A stretch of DNA of 64,000 nt. Origin: Camelus dromedarius (Eukaryota). The notes below the pieces were generated by a model. That model searched no databases and was not told the DNA's origin. It saw only the letters and a program-made list of their open reading frames with translations. The translations under genes and the position numbers were made by a program. The stretch is taken from contig NC_087447.1 in the NCBI RefSeq assembly GCF_036321535.1, positions 35,032,001 through 35,096,000 on the forward strand, written 5' to 3'. Below, one piece after another: positions 27,201 through 39,719 of the stretch; positions within the stretch are counted from its first letter, which is position 1; every line of letters starts with the position of its first letter.

Positions 27201-27843
27201 AATTCTGAGCTAATGAGACAAGCCATGCATATTATAAACAACTGAAGAACGACAAAGTGAGTGTCTATAATCAAGGGCTAGAAAGCAGTTGTTCCCAGAT
27301 GCTAGTCTCTTGGTCTTTTGCAGATTTTTTAATCAGTCTTCTGGTAAAATAACAAAAATAAGGGTAATGTGGTGAGTCTTTTCCTTAGAGTCAGACTTGT
27401 GCAGTTTGAACAAATACCCATAATTCTGAGCATCTTTCATACTTCACTGGACTTTTAAAAACTTTAATGAAATTATGGTGATAATAGATGGTAGATTACC
27501 TTTGGTGTCTTTTCTTGGCAAGATTAAGAATTAGTGATCCTTTAGTTATTTGTAATTTTTTAAAGAAATTTTACCAGTCTTTTAAATACAGAAGAATGGG
27601 AACTACTAAACTAGAAAGTGTAAATGACAGTTCTAGTAAGCCCTGAAATAAACAGGAATTCTATCTCTTATGGATACCATGAAGCAGCAAGGATGATGTA
27701 GTAATGAGTTCATGCTGTGGGCCAGCTTGCTGGCTCTGGTTTTGAGGCTACCGTCTTAATGAATTCTCAAAATCTCAGTTTACATAGGACTTTGTTGGGA
27801 CTATTAAGTTTTAATGGTCTTATAATGGCTTTTCTGTTCTTAG

Positions 27844-28015
27844 GTCCTCAAAGGCTTCCCTTCCCTAGTGGTTACAAAAGGCAGCGAGAGTATGAAGAGG
27901 AGGAAGATGATGATGAGTATGACTCTGAAATGGAAGATTTTATCGAAGATGAAGGAGAACCTCAGGAAGAAATATCCAGGCACATTCGAGAAATCTTTGG
28001 CTATGACCGAAAAAA
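27844..28015 (+). CDS. SPTY2D1: SPTY2D1 coding exon 4 (start of acidic SPT2 C-terminal domain)
   Basis: TTCTTAG acceptor; PQRLPFPSGYKRQREYEEEEDDDEYDSEMEDFIEDEGEPQEEISRHIREIFGYDRK; GTAAGG donor. Confidence 0.95.
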
Positions 28016-28403
28016 GTAAGGCTAAAGAAGATTTAGATATATATACTTTTTATTTTGAATAATCCAAGCTATGGGGAAAAAAATAAACAGTAGTAGAGGT
28101 ATTGAATACAATTCTTAATTAGGAATCCTTGGATATTGTTTAGATTTACTTTTTTGGCACTTAATATTTAAGAATTAATGCAGAATTATTTGTGTAGTTA
28201 CTTACATGAGGGCTAAAAAATATCCCCTTTTAACTGTTGTCCTTAAAAGATGTAGATTTAATGAGATTGAAGCAGCTTAGTGTGGTAGAAATGGATTGGC
28301 TTGGAAATCAGAAAGCCATCCACAGAGCTATGTTGAAAGCTGGTCTGATCTGACACCTGCTTTTCTTTGGTGTAAAAAGCTCTGCTACTCAAAAGTGTGG
28401 TAC

Positions 28404-28537
28404 CAGTCCCTCCCTATGCATGGTTTCACATCCACGGATTCAACCAATCATGGATTGTGTAGTACTGTAGTGTGAGAAAAAATCTTGTACAAGTGGACCC
28501 GCGCAGTTCAAACCCATGTTGTTCAAGGGCCAACGAT
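28404..28537. mobile_element. Tigger-derived MITE (MER8-like)
   Basis: catccacggattcaaccaa...aagtggacccgcgcagttcaaacccatgttgttcaagggccaac. Confidence 0.7.
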
Positions 28538-29169
28538 ATGTGTAAAACAGATGGGCCTTATCACAGTGCTTATCAGCCAGTGATTGCTTATCAATCAGTG
28601 ATTGCTATCTCCTTTGAAGTCATGGATATGAGAAATTAGAAGGCAGTAATAAGAAAGGTCTTTTTAAAAAAAGTAGAAGGAAGAACTGGATTAAAAATCA
28701 GATCTAAAAATCTAATCCTGGTAGTATCATAAGCTGTCTCTATGTTTTTGGTCAAGCCGTTATCCTATCTGCTTCAGTCTATTCTGTTCTGAAGTCCATG
28801 AAGCTCAAGTGAAATTAATATATACCAAATAGTTTTCATATATATTGTGCTTTCACAATTTTAATATAAACAATCATGTAAATAGAAGTGAGTGAGTTGA
28901 GCAAACAGTGTTGGATTGGTTTCATCAACATTAGATTCAGGAATAGTTGCTTTCTGGAAGCATTAAGGGTTCATTTAATTTGTCTTTATTTCAGAAATCC
29001 CTTTATCCAATCTCTGCCCACTTCACTCCCTGCCAAGCAAGGAGGAATGATCCTAAATGTGTGTTTGATTTAGTTATAAAGATGCTGATTTTAAAAACAG
29101 GAGGCTTTAGTTCCATTAGAAAATTGAATTTTTCTTTTTTTTCTAACAATTTTTATTTTCTCTTATCAG

Positions 29170-29247
29170 ATACAAAGATGAAAGCGATTATGCCTTACGT
29201 TACATGGAGAGTAGTTGGAAAGAGCAGCAGAAGGAAGAAGCAAAGAG
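29170..29247 (+). CDS. SPTY2D1: SPTY2D1 coding exon 5
   Basis: TATCAG acceptor; YKDESDYALRYMESSWKEQQKEEAK; GTAAGC donor; phase 2/2. Confidence 0.95.
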
Positions 29248-30196
29248 GTAAGCACAAAATGTAATACATTTGTGCAGAAATGTCCTAAAAATTCTTTACT
29301 GTTTCCTGTTTCAGTTGCATTGGGAGCAGGGGCTTGGGGCCACTCGGTTTGAATTCCAGTCCTGCTTACTTGCTATGGAGCTTTAGTCAAATTCCTATGA
29401 AATGTTTTCTTATTTGTAAAATGAGAATATGCTTTTTACTCATTGAGGTATCATGAGGATTAAGATAGAGTGTACAAGTTGCCTAGTGCAGTGCCTCAGC
29501 CATGTAGGCACACAGTAAATGCTAGAGGCCTCCCCTGGTCCCATTGTAGCATGTTTTTCTTTCCTCATCCTTAACTCCCTTTTTACATCCAACATCTCAG
29601 TCTTGCTAACCTGTACCTCTGCTGGCCTCAGGGACCTAATGAGGGATATGAAATTCCCTCTGTTTAATTCCTGTTTGGCTTCCTGATATCAAACAAATGA
29701 TAATTTCTTGGGAGGGGTAACAAGTGATTATTTCATTATAGTGTTACCTTGGTGAAATAATTCACCTCATTCTCAACCCAGAATCCAGAATATTAATTTA
29801 AACCTTTCTCCCGCTTGCCCTCCCCATTCTAACTAGATAAAATATCAAACTAAAGTGTTATGAAGGGACAAGAATAGAATGTTACTTATTGAATGTTTCT
29901 TGTTCTTTATTTTTAAAAGCTGGTAACTTACATTTTATTACCGTAATGGGAATATTAAGATGTTTTGTCTTGAGGTTGTATATGAGGTCTTTTTTCCACT
30001 GTAACTTTAGTCAGTGGCAGTGGCTCCTGGGAAAAAAAAATTCATGCTTAGTCCTGTTTTCAATGGTAAAGCCTTGAGGCATTTCGAGTGCATCAGCACA
30101 TTCCATGTAAGCTCCCAGTTGAATTTTCATTCTTGCTTTTTTAAAGAGAGTGGTAATTTCATGTGTACTGAAAAATACCCCATTTTTTCTCGACAG

Positions 30197-30290
30197 TTTA
30201 AGACTAGGTATGCAAGAGGATTTAGAGGAAATGAGACGTGAGGAAGAAGAAATGAGACGTCGAAAGGCCAAGAAGTTGAAGAAGCGTTAG
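30197..30290 (+). CDS. SPTY2D1: SPTY2D1 coding exon 6 (terminal, stop TAG 30288-30290)
   Basis: CGACAG acceptor; LRLGMQEDLEEMRREEEEMRRRKAKKLKKR*. Confidence 0.95.
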
Positions 30291-33200
30291 CTGCTGCTTT
30301 TATTTATTTTTGTGAAATTCTGAAGATATTCTGCTGCAAGGAAGTCCTGCCTTCAGACTGAAGAAGCCCCCTTATTGTTTTAGAATTATACTTGGGTACT
30401 CAAAGAGAAGGAATGCATACTGTCATCTGTCTGCAGGCTGTCGTTTGAGCATAAAGTATTTTAAAATACTTTCCAGGGTGGAATCTATAATGCAGTTGAT
30501 ACAATGCCCAGTGAGTGCTCTTACGAAACTAACTGTTCACAGGTGCCAGCCTTGGTCCTGATGAGCTATGCACTCTGATGTGGGGCCCCTCACAGGTCAT
30601 CCAATCTTGTATTGTTTCTTTGCTACTCTAAAAAGGAAAAAAAAAGGATTGCCTCTTTACTTCCATAATTCTGCTGATGTGTGAGTACAGCACTGCCTGG
30701 CTCCCAATCAAATTTATTTTGTCTTTTTGTGAGGAACCTGGCCCTTCCATGAATGTTGCCAGCAAAAAGTGACCTGTCATAAATGTTTGGTTTGAGAACT
30801 TGAAAATCTAGAGTAGGTGTTACAATTATATGGATATCATCTTTGTGACTTTGAAGTTAAAAAGTAGAATAAATTGTATTGTATTCTGCATTATCCACGG
30901 ATTGGATGCTGAGCATTCTTATTCACTAATTTAGGTGATTAGGCAATTAGCAAAAATTTTTCCAAGTTAAAATACAAGTTATGCCATTTTGTATAAGGAT
31001 ATTCTTTTCCAAGTTTTACTTTCAGGTTTACTGTTATGTTGGCTTTAGTGTAAAATAGACAAGGTCACTGTGCTGATTGATTTTTATCTAAAAAATTCAT
31101 TTTTATATTGAAGGAAAAAATTCTTATTTTGTTCAAACATTAGATTTGGATGAGTAATAGTTTAAAAAAATAAGGAAGTGACATGTGAGGCTCCCTTCCT
31201 CCCCATTTCCCTGCCCCATTATATTTTGGAATCCAAGGTGCCCCATACCTTTTGGTGTTAATGACTGCATTTTTATCTAAAATTCCTTGGTAATTAATGG
31301 CAAAAACCAAAAACTAAGTTCATGTATATTAAGATCACCTTCTCTTTTTGCCCATATTGCACTTTTATTTCAAACTATGCACTGTGAAGAGACTTTTTCC
31401 CAGGTAGGAAACGATGTTCCCTGTTACTGGTGTTTACTAGGCTGTGGAACTTCTTCGTTCTCACCTTTTTTCAAGTCATATCTATAGACTTGTTATATCT
31501 CTTAAGCCTCAAGTCCAAGCAATTCCAATCAAGCTGACCTAAGTTCTGGATAGAGAGAAGCCAAATCTCAAGGAGAGTCAGCAACAGAAAATGAGATAAC
31601 GGTGATGCTAGAGAGCCTTTGTCCTTGACCCATAAGTGGAGGGTAGGGTACTGTGGGACATAAGCTTATAGAACAGTTCTACAATAAACATTGTGGCTAT
31701 CTTAAGCCATTGGTCAGTGGGGATTAGGAAGTAGGAGAGGCTGTCCTACAAGAATCCTTACTCTTCAACAGGTCTGAAAGTTGTTTTTGTGTATTCCTTT
31801 TTATCCATAAAGCTTTCTGTATTCTCAAGTTTGGGTGTTAAGATTACCACTGTTAGCCTCCCTTAATGGGATGACCAGGTGACTCAGTCCTTTTAAGACT
31901 GACTCATTTTGAACTGAGTTTCAGACTTTAAAAATGCAAGGATTTAATTTTGAAGTTGAATCCTATGAAAGGTGTCTTCATCACTAGGAATAACACCCTT
32001 CTAATGATCACATAGAACTGTTAAACACTGACGGCAGAAAATCCTCTTGACTGCCTTTCACCTATCTCAGATACCTTCAGTGAAATTGGCTCAAGGGTAG
32101 TGTGATATTCCATGTAATAAAACAGGTGTGGAACATTACTTCCTTTACTGTCACTTATGTGCTTTTTTCCCCTTTCAGAAGTTTGCTTGAATATTTTTTT
32201 CAATATTCAACACTCTTTGAAATCTGTAATTACAATCAAGTGCTTGTCATAGCTGAAAGATTTCTGGTGGTTTAAAGCTTACTAGCACTTTACTCAATGA
32301 TATTGTGCAGTTATTTGTACAGAAAGGCACCATTGTGCTAGTTAAAAGTTCCAGAACTTGGTAGAGTCGGGTTGTGTCCTTAGGAGTCATCACTTCTGGG
32401 TGCATTTCTTCTATAATATAGATGTTGATTTCAGTTTTCTTCAGCATCAGCATTATAAAAGGGCACATCTGTAGCTCATTTAAAAAAAAAAAGTTCTGAT
32501 CTTTAATCATGGCCTTGTTTCTAAATCCTGTCTTCCATTTTGTTCTGCAATTCTTGACCACTTACAAAAAGCTCATAAACCTTTGAAAAAAACTGGAATA
32601 GGCTGTTATATTATCAAGGTTTACACATTAAGTGCTTGATTTTTAATGTATCCTCTACTGTTTTGATTTTCAGATTTTATTAATATTTGAAGATGTGCCT
32701 TTTATTGGGTAATGTTAAGTCATGAATGTAGTAATGTTATTTCATTATTGTAATAATGTTACATGGTCATGGATGCGGCATTCTCTAACATGATGTGAAG
32801 GGAAAGCAGTTTTCATAAAACTCATGGCTCTGATTGCACAGTCCCACTTGCTTTAGATATTGCTATGTCAAAGCAGGGGCACTTTCTTTAAAAGCTACTT
32901 TCAGAACTTGTCTTTGTATTTTCTCTATACAAACTATAATGCAATTATGTCCACTTTGGAGGCCAGGGTACCACATGTCACAGGCAGCCTTACATGTGTG
33001 CCGCAAGCAGGTTGAAAGACTGTTAATGAGAAAGTCTGTGGGAACTCGAAATTTCATTTTTTAAATGTAATCCCCAAGATCTTCTCCAAGAAATAAATTA
33101 CTGTTTTGTATTTTGTAACTTAAAAGCAGCTATTAGTACATTTCTGAGATACAGCAGGAGACCAAAATATGTTTGGAAAGAGAATAAATATATGAAGAAA

Positions 33201-33510
33201 GACTGGTGGTTTTATTTTCAATGTGTTGAATATATTAGACTACTATTTATTTTGTGAGTGGATGTGATGAAATAAATATTCAGGTGTTTAGTGTATGATT
33301 AAGAATGGGATATAGACTTCTTTGGAGTTACTAAATCCATCATGTCTTTTACATAATGGACAAATCAAGTTTAAAGAAACATTTACATAGCATAGCTTGT
33401 TTTCTGGTGCTGTTGACCTGCAAGAGAATCTACTTTTGCATATACAGATAAAAAGTTTTGCAATTTATGTATAAATGAAATTGTAGGCATTAAAATATTT
33501 TATTGATATT
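30291..33510 (+). other. SPTY2D1: Probable long 3'UTR of SPTY2D1
   Basis: Repeat-poor AT-rich stretch after the stop; AATAAA at 30868, 31683, 33092, 33183, 33271 and ATTAAA at 33489 followed by a T/GT-rich tract. The 3' end is inferred. Confidence 0.6.
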
Positions 33511-35224
33511 TTCACTGGTTTGCGTTTATTTACCAAAACTCATACCTTATTTCATCACCCTGAACATTTTTCCAGCTAGAAACACCAATAGACTCATCAA
33601 ACTTAAGAGATGGGGTTTACCTCCTTATACACACACAGCTGTTCATTCTCCCTTACTCAGTCACATCTGCTCAGCCCCTGCTACTGATACCTCTCCTCTC
33701 CCACACCACCAGCTTAGAGAACTATTCTGCTGTTGGACACCCAACAGGAGAACTGTTTGGAGGTATAGTCAGGGAACTGGAGGAAAGGAGAACTGGGTAT
33801 ATAGTTGCTCTTTTTAAGAAAATGAGTGCTTCTGATCTCTTAAAATAAAGAGCCTGAGATAGCTGGGAAGATGAGTCCCTAAGAATATACATATGAAGCA
33901 AGTGGGCACAGCTATGCAAACAGGATGCAGACACTTAATGGAATGTGGTGAATCTAGGTCATGCAAGTATCATAAAAGGTGCTGGTATCCTAGATTTAGA
34001 AATTAAAAATTTTTGCTTATGAATTTTGAATTCACTTTTCCATTAAAAAAAAAAAAGGGCAATCCAGTCAGTGCATAGAGCCACTTAAAAATACTTAAGT
34101 GAACATACACCAAATAGTCGACAAAATGCTGTCTGTATAACCAAAAGATCTACTTCACTAGTAAGGGTGCACTTTTGAACAATGAAGCTGTCAGTCACCC
34201 ACAAGCAGCCACAGAATGGGAACAGTTCAATACAACTTAATTGTAAAAGTACTTGCTCCTGTTAGGTTTTCTTTCTTTTACAGTCAGGAAGCTCCAAACC
34301 ACCTTTAGAGGGCTTATTAGGAATATCCTAGGGCTCAGACACCCAGATTAACTGCATGGGTCTTATACTTAGGTTCCCATTCTTGGTCTCATAAACTCAA
34401 ACTGCATCAAATTGAGAACTGGGCAGTTAGCTTTTATTTCTATATACGCTGCCCATACTAGCAGCAGTCACTGCTAGAAGAATCGAAAGGCAACTTCTTG
34501 GCTACTCAGGTGAGGGAGACATTTGAGCCAAGAGGTGGTCAAGGTGTTGGATAACCCAGTCTCTTGTTTGGCTCTTTTCCTTGGCATATAAAAGCAGGCC
34601 AAAGAGAAGGTCTGGATTTTAGTCTTGACTGCTACCCAGGACTTAAGGTACTTAAACCTCTCACTTCATTTTTGCCATTTTGTAAAATGAGGCTAAGAAG
34701 GTTACTGTAAGGATTAAAATAATGTATAATTTAGTATCTAGCACCCAATATTAAAACCTCCTCTCCCCACATGGTGTAAGCTTTGAGTTCTTAATGATAG
34801 CTGTGAAAAAGACAAAGAAATATCCCCAGAGAATAGGCTTAATGTTGCTGTAATCTCTTAAACTTTCTCTAACATTCCCCCCCCCCCCCGCCTCCCCGGA
34901 CCCAGGAGAAAGGCATTATGTGGGAAATAGGTCTAGAGCGCTAGAGAGTTTCTATCCTCCAGGATACACAATAGGGGACAAACTGAACAAGATATTTTAG
35001 TCTTAATGCCAGTCTTAGAGACTATGAAACAGAGGGGACCCAATCACTCCCATCTACCCCAACTTCCTCCCCACCCTCCAACTCCCTGTTTTGAGCTAAC
35101 AGAATACCAGGTCTTCATTCATCTTTAAAAGTGTGGTAATTTGTTATATAAAATGTGACAAAATAATGTGCAATTACTTTATGTGAAACCAACAACAGGA
35201 ACTGTATAGCTGGTCAGGAGAGCT

Positions 35225-35275
35225 TCAGAGCTGCATTACTTCACCAGGATCATCTTTACTCATTTCCACCGGGGT
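35225..35275 (-). CDS. MISFA: Polluks-type micropeptide, coding exon 2 (total 40 aa)
   Basis: CTGAC branch-like motif + TTTTCCCCCCTCTAG acceptor; TPVEMSKDDPGEVMQL*. The 24+16 = 40 aa total equals the length I recall for mouse Polluks. Confidence 0.78.
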   Translation of the reverse strand, partial: TPVEMSKDDPGEVMQL

Positions 35276-35878
35276 CTAGAGGGGGGAAAAGTATGTCAGA
35301 TGGGTCTTGCCTAGTGTTTGCCAGGGTGTGGGGCTGAGGGAACTGCACTCCTTCCCAAGGGCACGCAGGGTAGCTGTGTCCAACTCTGTCTCACCTAGTG
35401 CCTCCGATCCCAGTTGCCAAAGGGGCTTAGCAGGGTGGGAGCTGACAAGAGGAAGAGAAAATACAAACATCCAAGGTCTAACGGGAGGAGACAGGAAAGA
35501 GACATCTGCCACCAGAACCATTTTACAGCCCAGTGTTTATCTGATGAGGGACAATTAAACGTGGGTTGCTGGTGTGGGCTAATTTAAGAAGTGGTATTAA
35601 AAGCTGAACATACAAAATGTCCCGTGAGCATGAGGACTTAAAAAGAGTAAAGACTCTTAGGAAAAGATGTATGAAAGATCACATGAAGGGCAGAGGGAAC
35701 TCTCTCAACTCTAAGTAGATAGTGAATAATAGAAGTAGGTAAGCTACAGAAATTTTTTAACAGAGAAACGAGTATCTGTTTCTAAAGTTACTAGAGTTGG
35801 ATTTTGATGCTTAGTTCATGTATCCCTGGGAATACATTTCAAAGTAGGAATAGAGAACAAAGCTGAAGGCACACTTAC

Positions 35879-35950
35879 CCCTCCTGGGGGATACTTATAT
35901 CCCTTCCACATTGTTCCTGCAATGAGAAGCATCCATAAGACAACGATCAT
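35879..35950 (-). CDS. MISFA: Polluks-type micropeptide, coding exon 1
   Basis: Minus strand ccgcaATG (G at -3) gives MIVVLWMLLIAGTMWKGYKYPPGG, then a GTAAGT donor, phase 0; hydrophobic N-terminus. Confidence 0.8.
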
Positions 35951-36172
35951 TGCGGGGCTTCTTGCTCAGCTGGTGGTGTGTGCCGGGGAAAACAGGTGGT
36001 TCTGAAAAGTGTGGTGTTCTATTCCCTGAGTCCTGGAAACTGGGCTATCTTCTTCATTCAAGACCAGATGGTGGATGGTCCAGCATGATAGCTCCTGGCT
36101 GAGGAGTTTTGTGGTCTAGTGTGACCTGAAATGGCTCACCATGGCTATTTGGGGGGCAGAGCTCAGACACCA

Positions 36173-36200
36173 ATTGTGACATCAACTCCTGTGACCTTGA
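36173..36200. promoter_or_regulatory. CRE-like element plus TCAAGGTCA nuclear-receptor extended half-site upstream of the Polluks ORF
   Basis: ATTGTGACATCA 36173-36184 and TGACCTTGA 36192-36200, ~220-250 nt upstream of the minus-strand ATG. Confidence 0.45.
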
Positions 36201-37666
36201 AGACTAGTTAGAGTGAGTAGCTATGGGACAGTGTGTGTAGGGGCTAAAGAATCCCTATCAGAAGGGCCCTGTTCGCTGGTGATTCAGTGTGGTTAGGATC
36301 TAGCTGGCATCCTATCTTTATTAACTCATTATCTACCAAAAATTTGGCTACTTGTTTTATGCAGTCAGATGCACAAAACAAGCAAAAAAAAAAAAAAGAC
36401 AACCCACAAAAAACCTTGTCACGAACAAAACAAATCATACCCTGGATTAACTGGGAGGATGGTATGCTATGAGCAATTACTTATATACTATTGTTAGGCT
36501 ATTCAAAGAAGAAAAATCTTACATTTTTAAAAACATCATCATGCAGGGGAAGCCTCCTTACAGCTTCCCTGAGAAGGGAAGAGAAGGGAGATGGACTATT
36601 ATGCTCATCTCTTAGCTGGAGAAACCAAGGCACAGAATAGTCCCAGTGATTTGGTCAGGATCACAGTGTGGCAGTGGCTCAGCTAAACAAGTGCCCAGTC
36701 CCTCCATCCACATCCACGCCACAGAGGTCTGACTGTTGGCTCAGTCCTCTCATAGAAATTCTAGAGCAGATGGAGGGGGAAAAATGTATACTTGTGGCTG
36801 GGACTTCATAGATACCTATGCTTTCTGGAGAAGCTTCCCAGAAAAACTTCTTCTGTATCAGCATATTACTAAGGCTTTTAGAGTTAAGTTTAACAATAGG
36901 AACATCTTTGAAAAAACAGGCCTGAATGAAATGGGGTGGGATTTGAGAAACCCAAGAGATGGTCTGCTAAAAGGATACTGCTATTTATGTTTCCTATAGG
37001 CTGGCTGGTCTAGTTGAACGAGTGTGAGAGGTTATTAAATCCAGAGATCTATGTTTGCATCCCAGCTTCACATCAGGTTGGTTTGTATGACCTTGCAAAC
37101 AGTCAGAGGTCATTGTCACCAGTCTTTGTTGACTGGTTCATTATTTTGCCTGCTTGTTAAGTAAGCATTTACTAAATGTGAATTGTCAAGCTTTGCATTA
37201 AATGCTCTACATGAATTCCCAAATGTAATCCGCATAAAAACAGAAAGATACTAGAATATCTCCATTATACAGATGGAGAAACTGAGAGGTTCACAGAGAT
37301 TAAACTTCCCCAAGGTCACATGGTTAGTAAATTGCAAAGTTAGGACTTGAATTCAAATTTACATTAACACCAGTTTCAAAACCTGCCAAAAGGGGCATTG
37401 AAAGGCTGGTCCAATTTTCATAGAGTTTGCACAGAGAAAATGAGTTAATAGATGAGCATAGTCTTTGAAAAAAATATCTACGAGGCGTGGTTATCAACAA
37501 GTATTTGAAACTTGGCCTGTTGTCCTCAGCAATGCTCCCCAAGTTCTTTCCCCTTCCACTGTTTATTTTATTTTCCAGAGGAATGTAAACTTCCCACTGA
37601 GATTTCAGGGTGCTACCAAGTTCTCTTGAAAGAGAGGAATCCAGCCCAACAGCCCATCACACGCAC

Positions 37667-37870
<204 letters not shown>

Positions 37871-38171
37871 TCAATGTCCTACCAGCAACCACTGATCCAC
37901 TTGGCCTGAAATCCAGAAGTCAGGCACTGTCTCCAGCAGACACTTTATAAATTCTGTATTCCATAATGCTTTGAAATAAGTGATGTTATGTTCCCAAATG
38001 GGGGACAGGGAAGGCTTAAAGATGTCCCAATGGGACAAGAAGTAGCCTGGGAAACTGTTTCCATCACATCCTGACCTCTAATTAGTGGTGAGACCTCGAC
38101 TATCTTTCCCATTTGGTCAGAAACCCCAGTTGGGAGGGTTAGCTAGAGCCAGGACTGACTACCAGGAATTA

Positions 38172-38339
<168 letters not shown>

Positions 38340-38440
38340 TCATGAAACCCTCAGTTGGTAGAGGTCTCGCATGTCAGTTCCAGTCCTAAGCTCCAAAGGA
38401 TCCACAAATCCCTAGCAGAGAAGTTGGAGTCTAGTAGGGC

Positions 38441-38452
38441 ATTGTGACATCA
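38441..38452. promoter_or_regulatory. CRE-like element (TGACATCA) upstream of the Kastor ORF
   Basis: ATTGTGACATCA ~180 nt upstream of the minus-strand ATG; one mismatch to the CRE TGACGTCA. Confidence 0.45.
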
Positions 38453-39719
38453 TTGACCCTATGGCCCAGACCCACAACACATCAGAGAGACTGCCCCCAG
38501 GCCAGTAGCTGAGCAGCAAACTAAGCTCTTTGTATGCACTGTCCCACAATAAGGTAGGTACTACTGTCAACCCTATTTTACCAATGAGAAAACTGAGGCA
38601 GGGCCTAAGTGACCTGCACTGGGTCACACAGCTGATGCTCCAGATCAGGGCCCAGGTGTCTGTTGGGAAGTTGGGCTCTTTAGACTAGAGACAGGGACTG
38701 GGAAGGAAAGGAGTGTTCATAGGTCTATGCCAGCTGTGAATGAAACAAACTGAATTCTAGGGAAATGAGAAGTCTCTTTATTTCTGTCCCTGCAACCCTT
38801 CCCCTCCCAACTCAAAGGTGGTCAAACCACCATTTTATACCATTCTTCAACACCTATGGTCAGTGCCTCTCCACTGGTTCTCTTTTTCTGTCCTTCAAGA
38901 AGCCACAAGTATCCTTGTCCTCTCCTCACAAAAAACTCCAGCTGATGCTGTGCCTCCATTCCTAACTGTCCCCTCCTCCTTTTTTTTTTTTTTTCCCAGT
39001 TCTGTGCAGTTGTTAGGACTGAGGTCCCATTTTCCTTCCAGCTGTTGGGCAAAGGTGGCTCTCACCTTCAAGGTGTCACTTGAAGCTCAATGCCACTGTC
39101 CCATCTCTTAATTTCCTTTTAAGACCAAACTTCCTAAACAAGTGGTCCACACCCAAAGCCTTTCATTCCAGTTCATACCTTGTTCCATACATCACATTAT
39201 GACATCTGCCCGCACCCCACTGTTTAGACTTTCTCTCAGAGGTTACCAAAGATCTCCTTTTTGTCAAGTTGAACAAACTCATCTCCTTCCCTATGACCTC
39301 CCTGCACTGACATGGTTGACCCCTCTCTACCAGAGTTCTTCTTAGACACACATCTCCCTATTATTTTCATATCCCCTTTATTTTCGTTATTTTTTAAAAT
39401 TATTAATACAATGGGTATTCATTGTAAAATACATGACCATCCAAAGATGTATAAAGAAAAAGGTAATACTCTTCCCCTCTTTCTCAACCCCATCATATAA
39501 TCAATGTTACCTGCCTAGCCTGTATCTTTCTGCCAAAGACTTCTCCCAAGCTTGAAAACATCACTAAACATATACAGGGATACAGAAACGGCTTTTCAGT
39601 GTTTTTAATCAAAGCTGATCATACTATATATGCTACTATATAACTTGCTCTTCTCTTATAACAATACATCATGGATATCCTCCTGGGCCAATTGATAAAA
39701 AAAACTAAACACATTCCTT

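Noticed and set aside
36054..36086. 10-codon minus-strand ORF MLDHPPSGLE upstream of Polluks
   Set aside because: Too short to support; it would matter only as a uORF if this segment is retained in the mRNA, which cannot be seen here.
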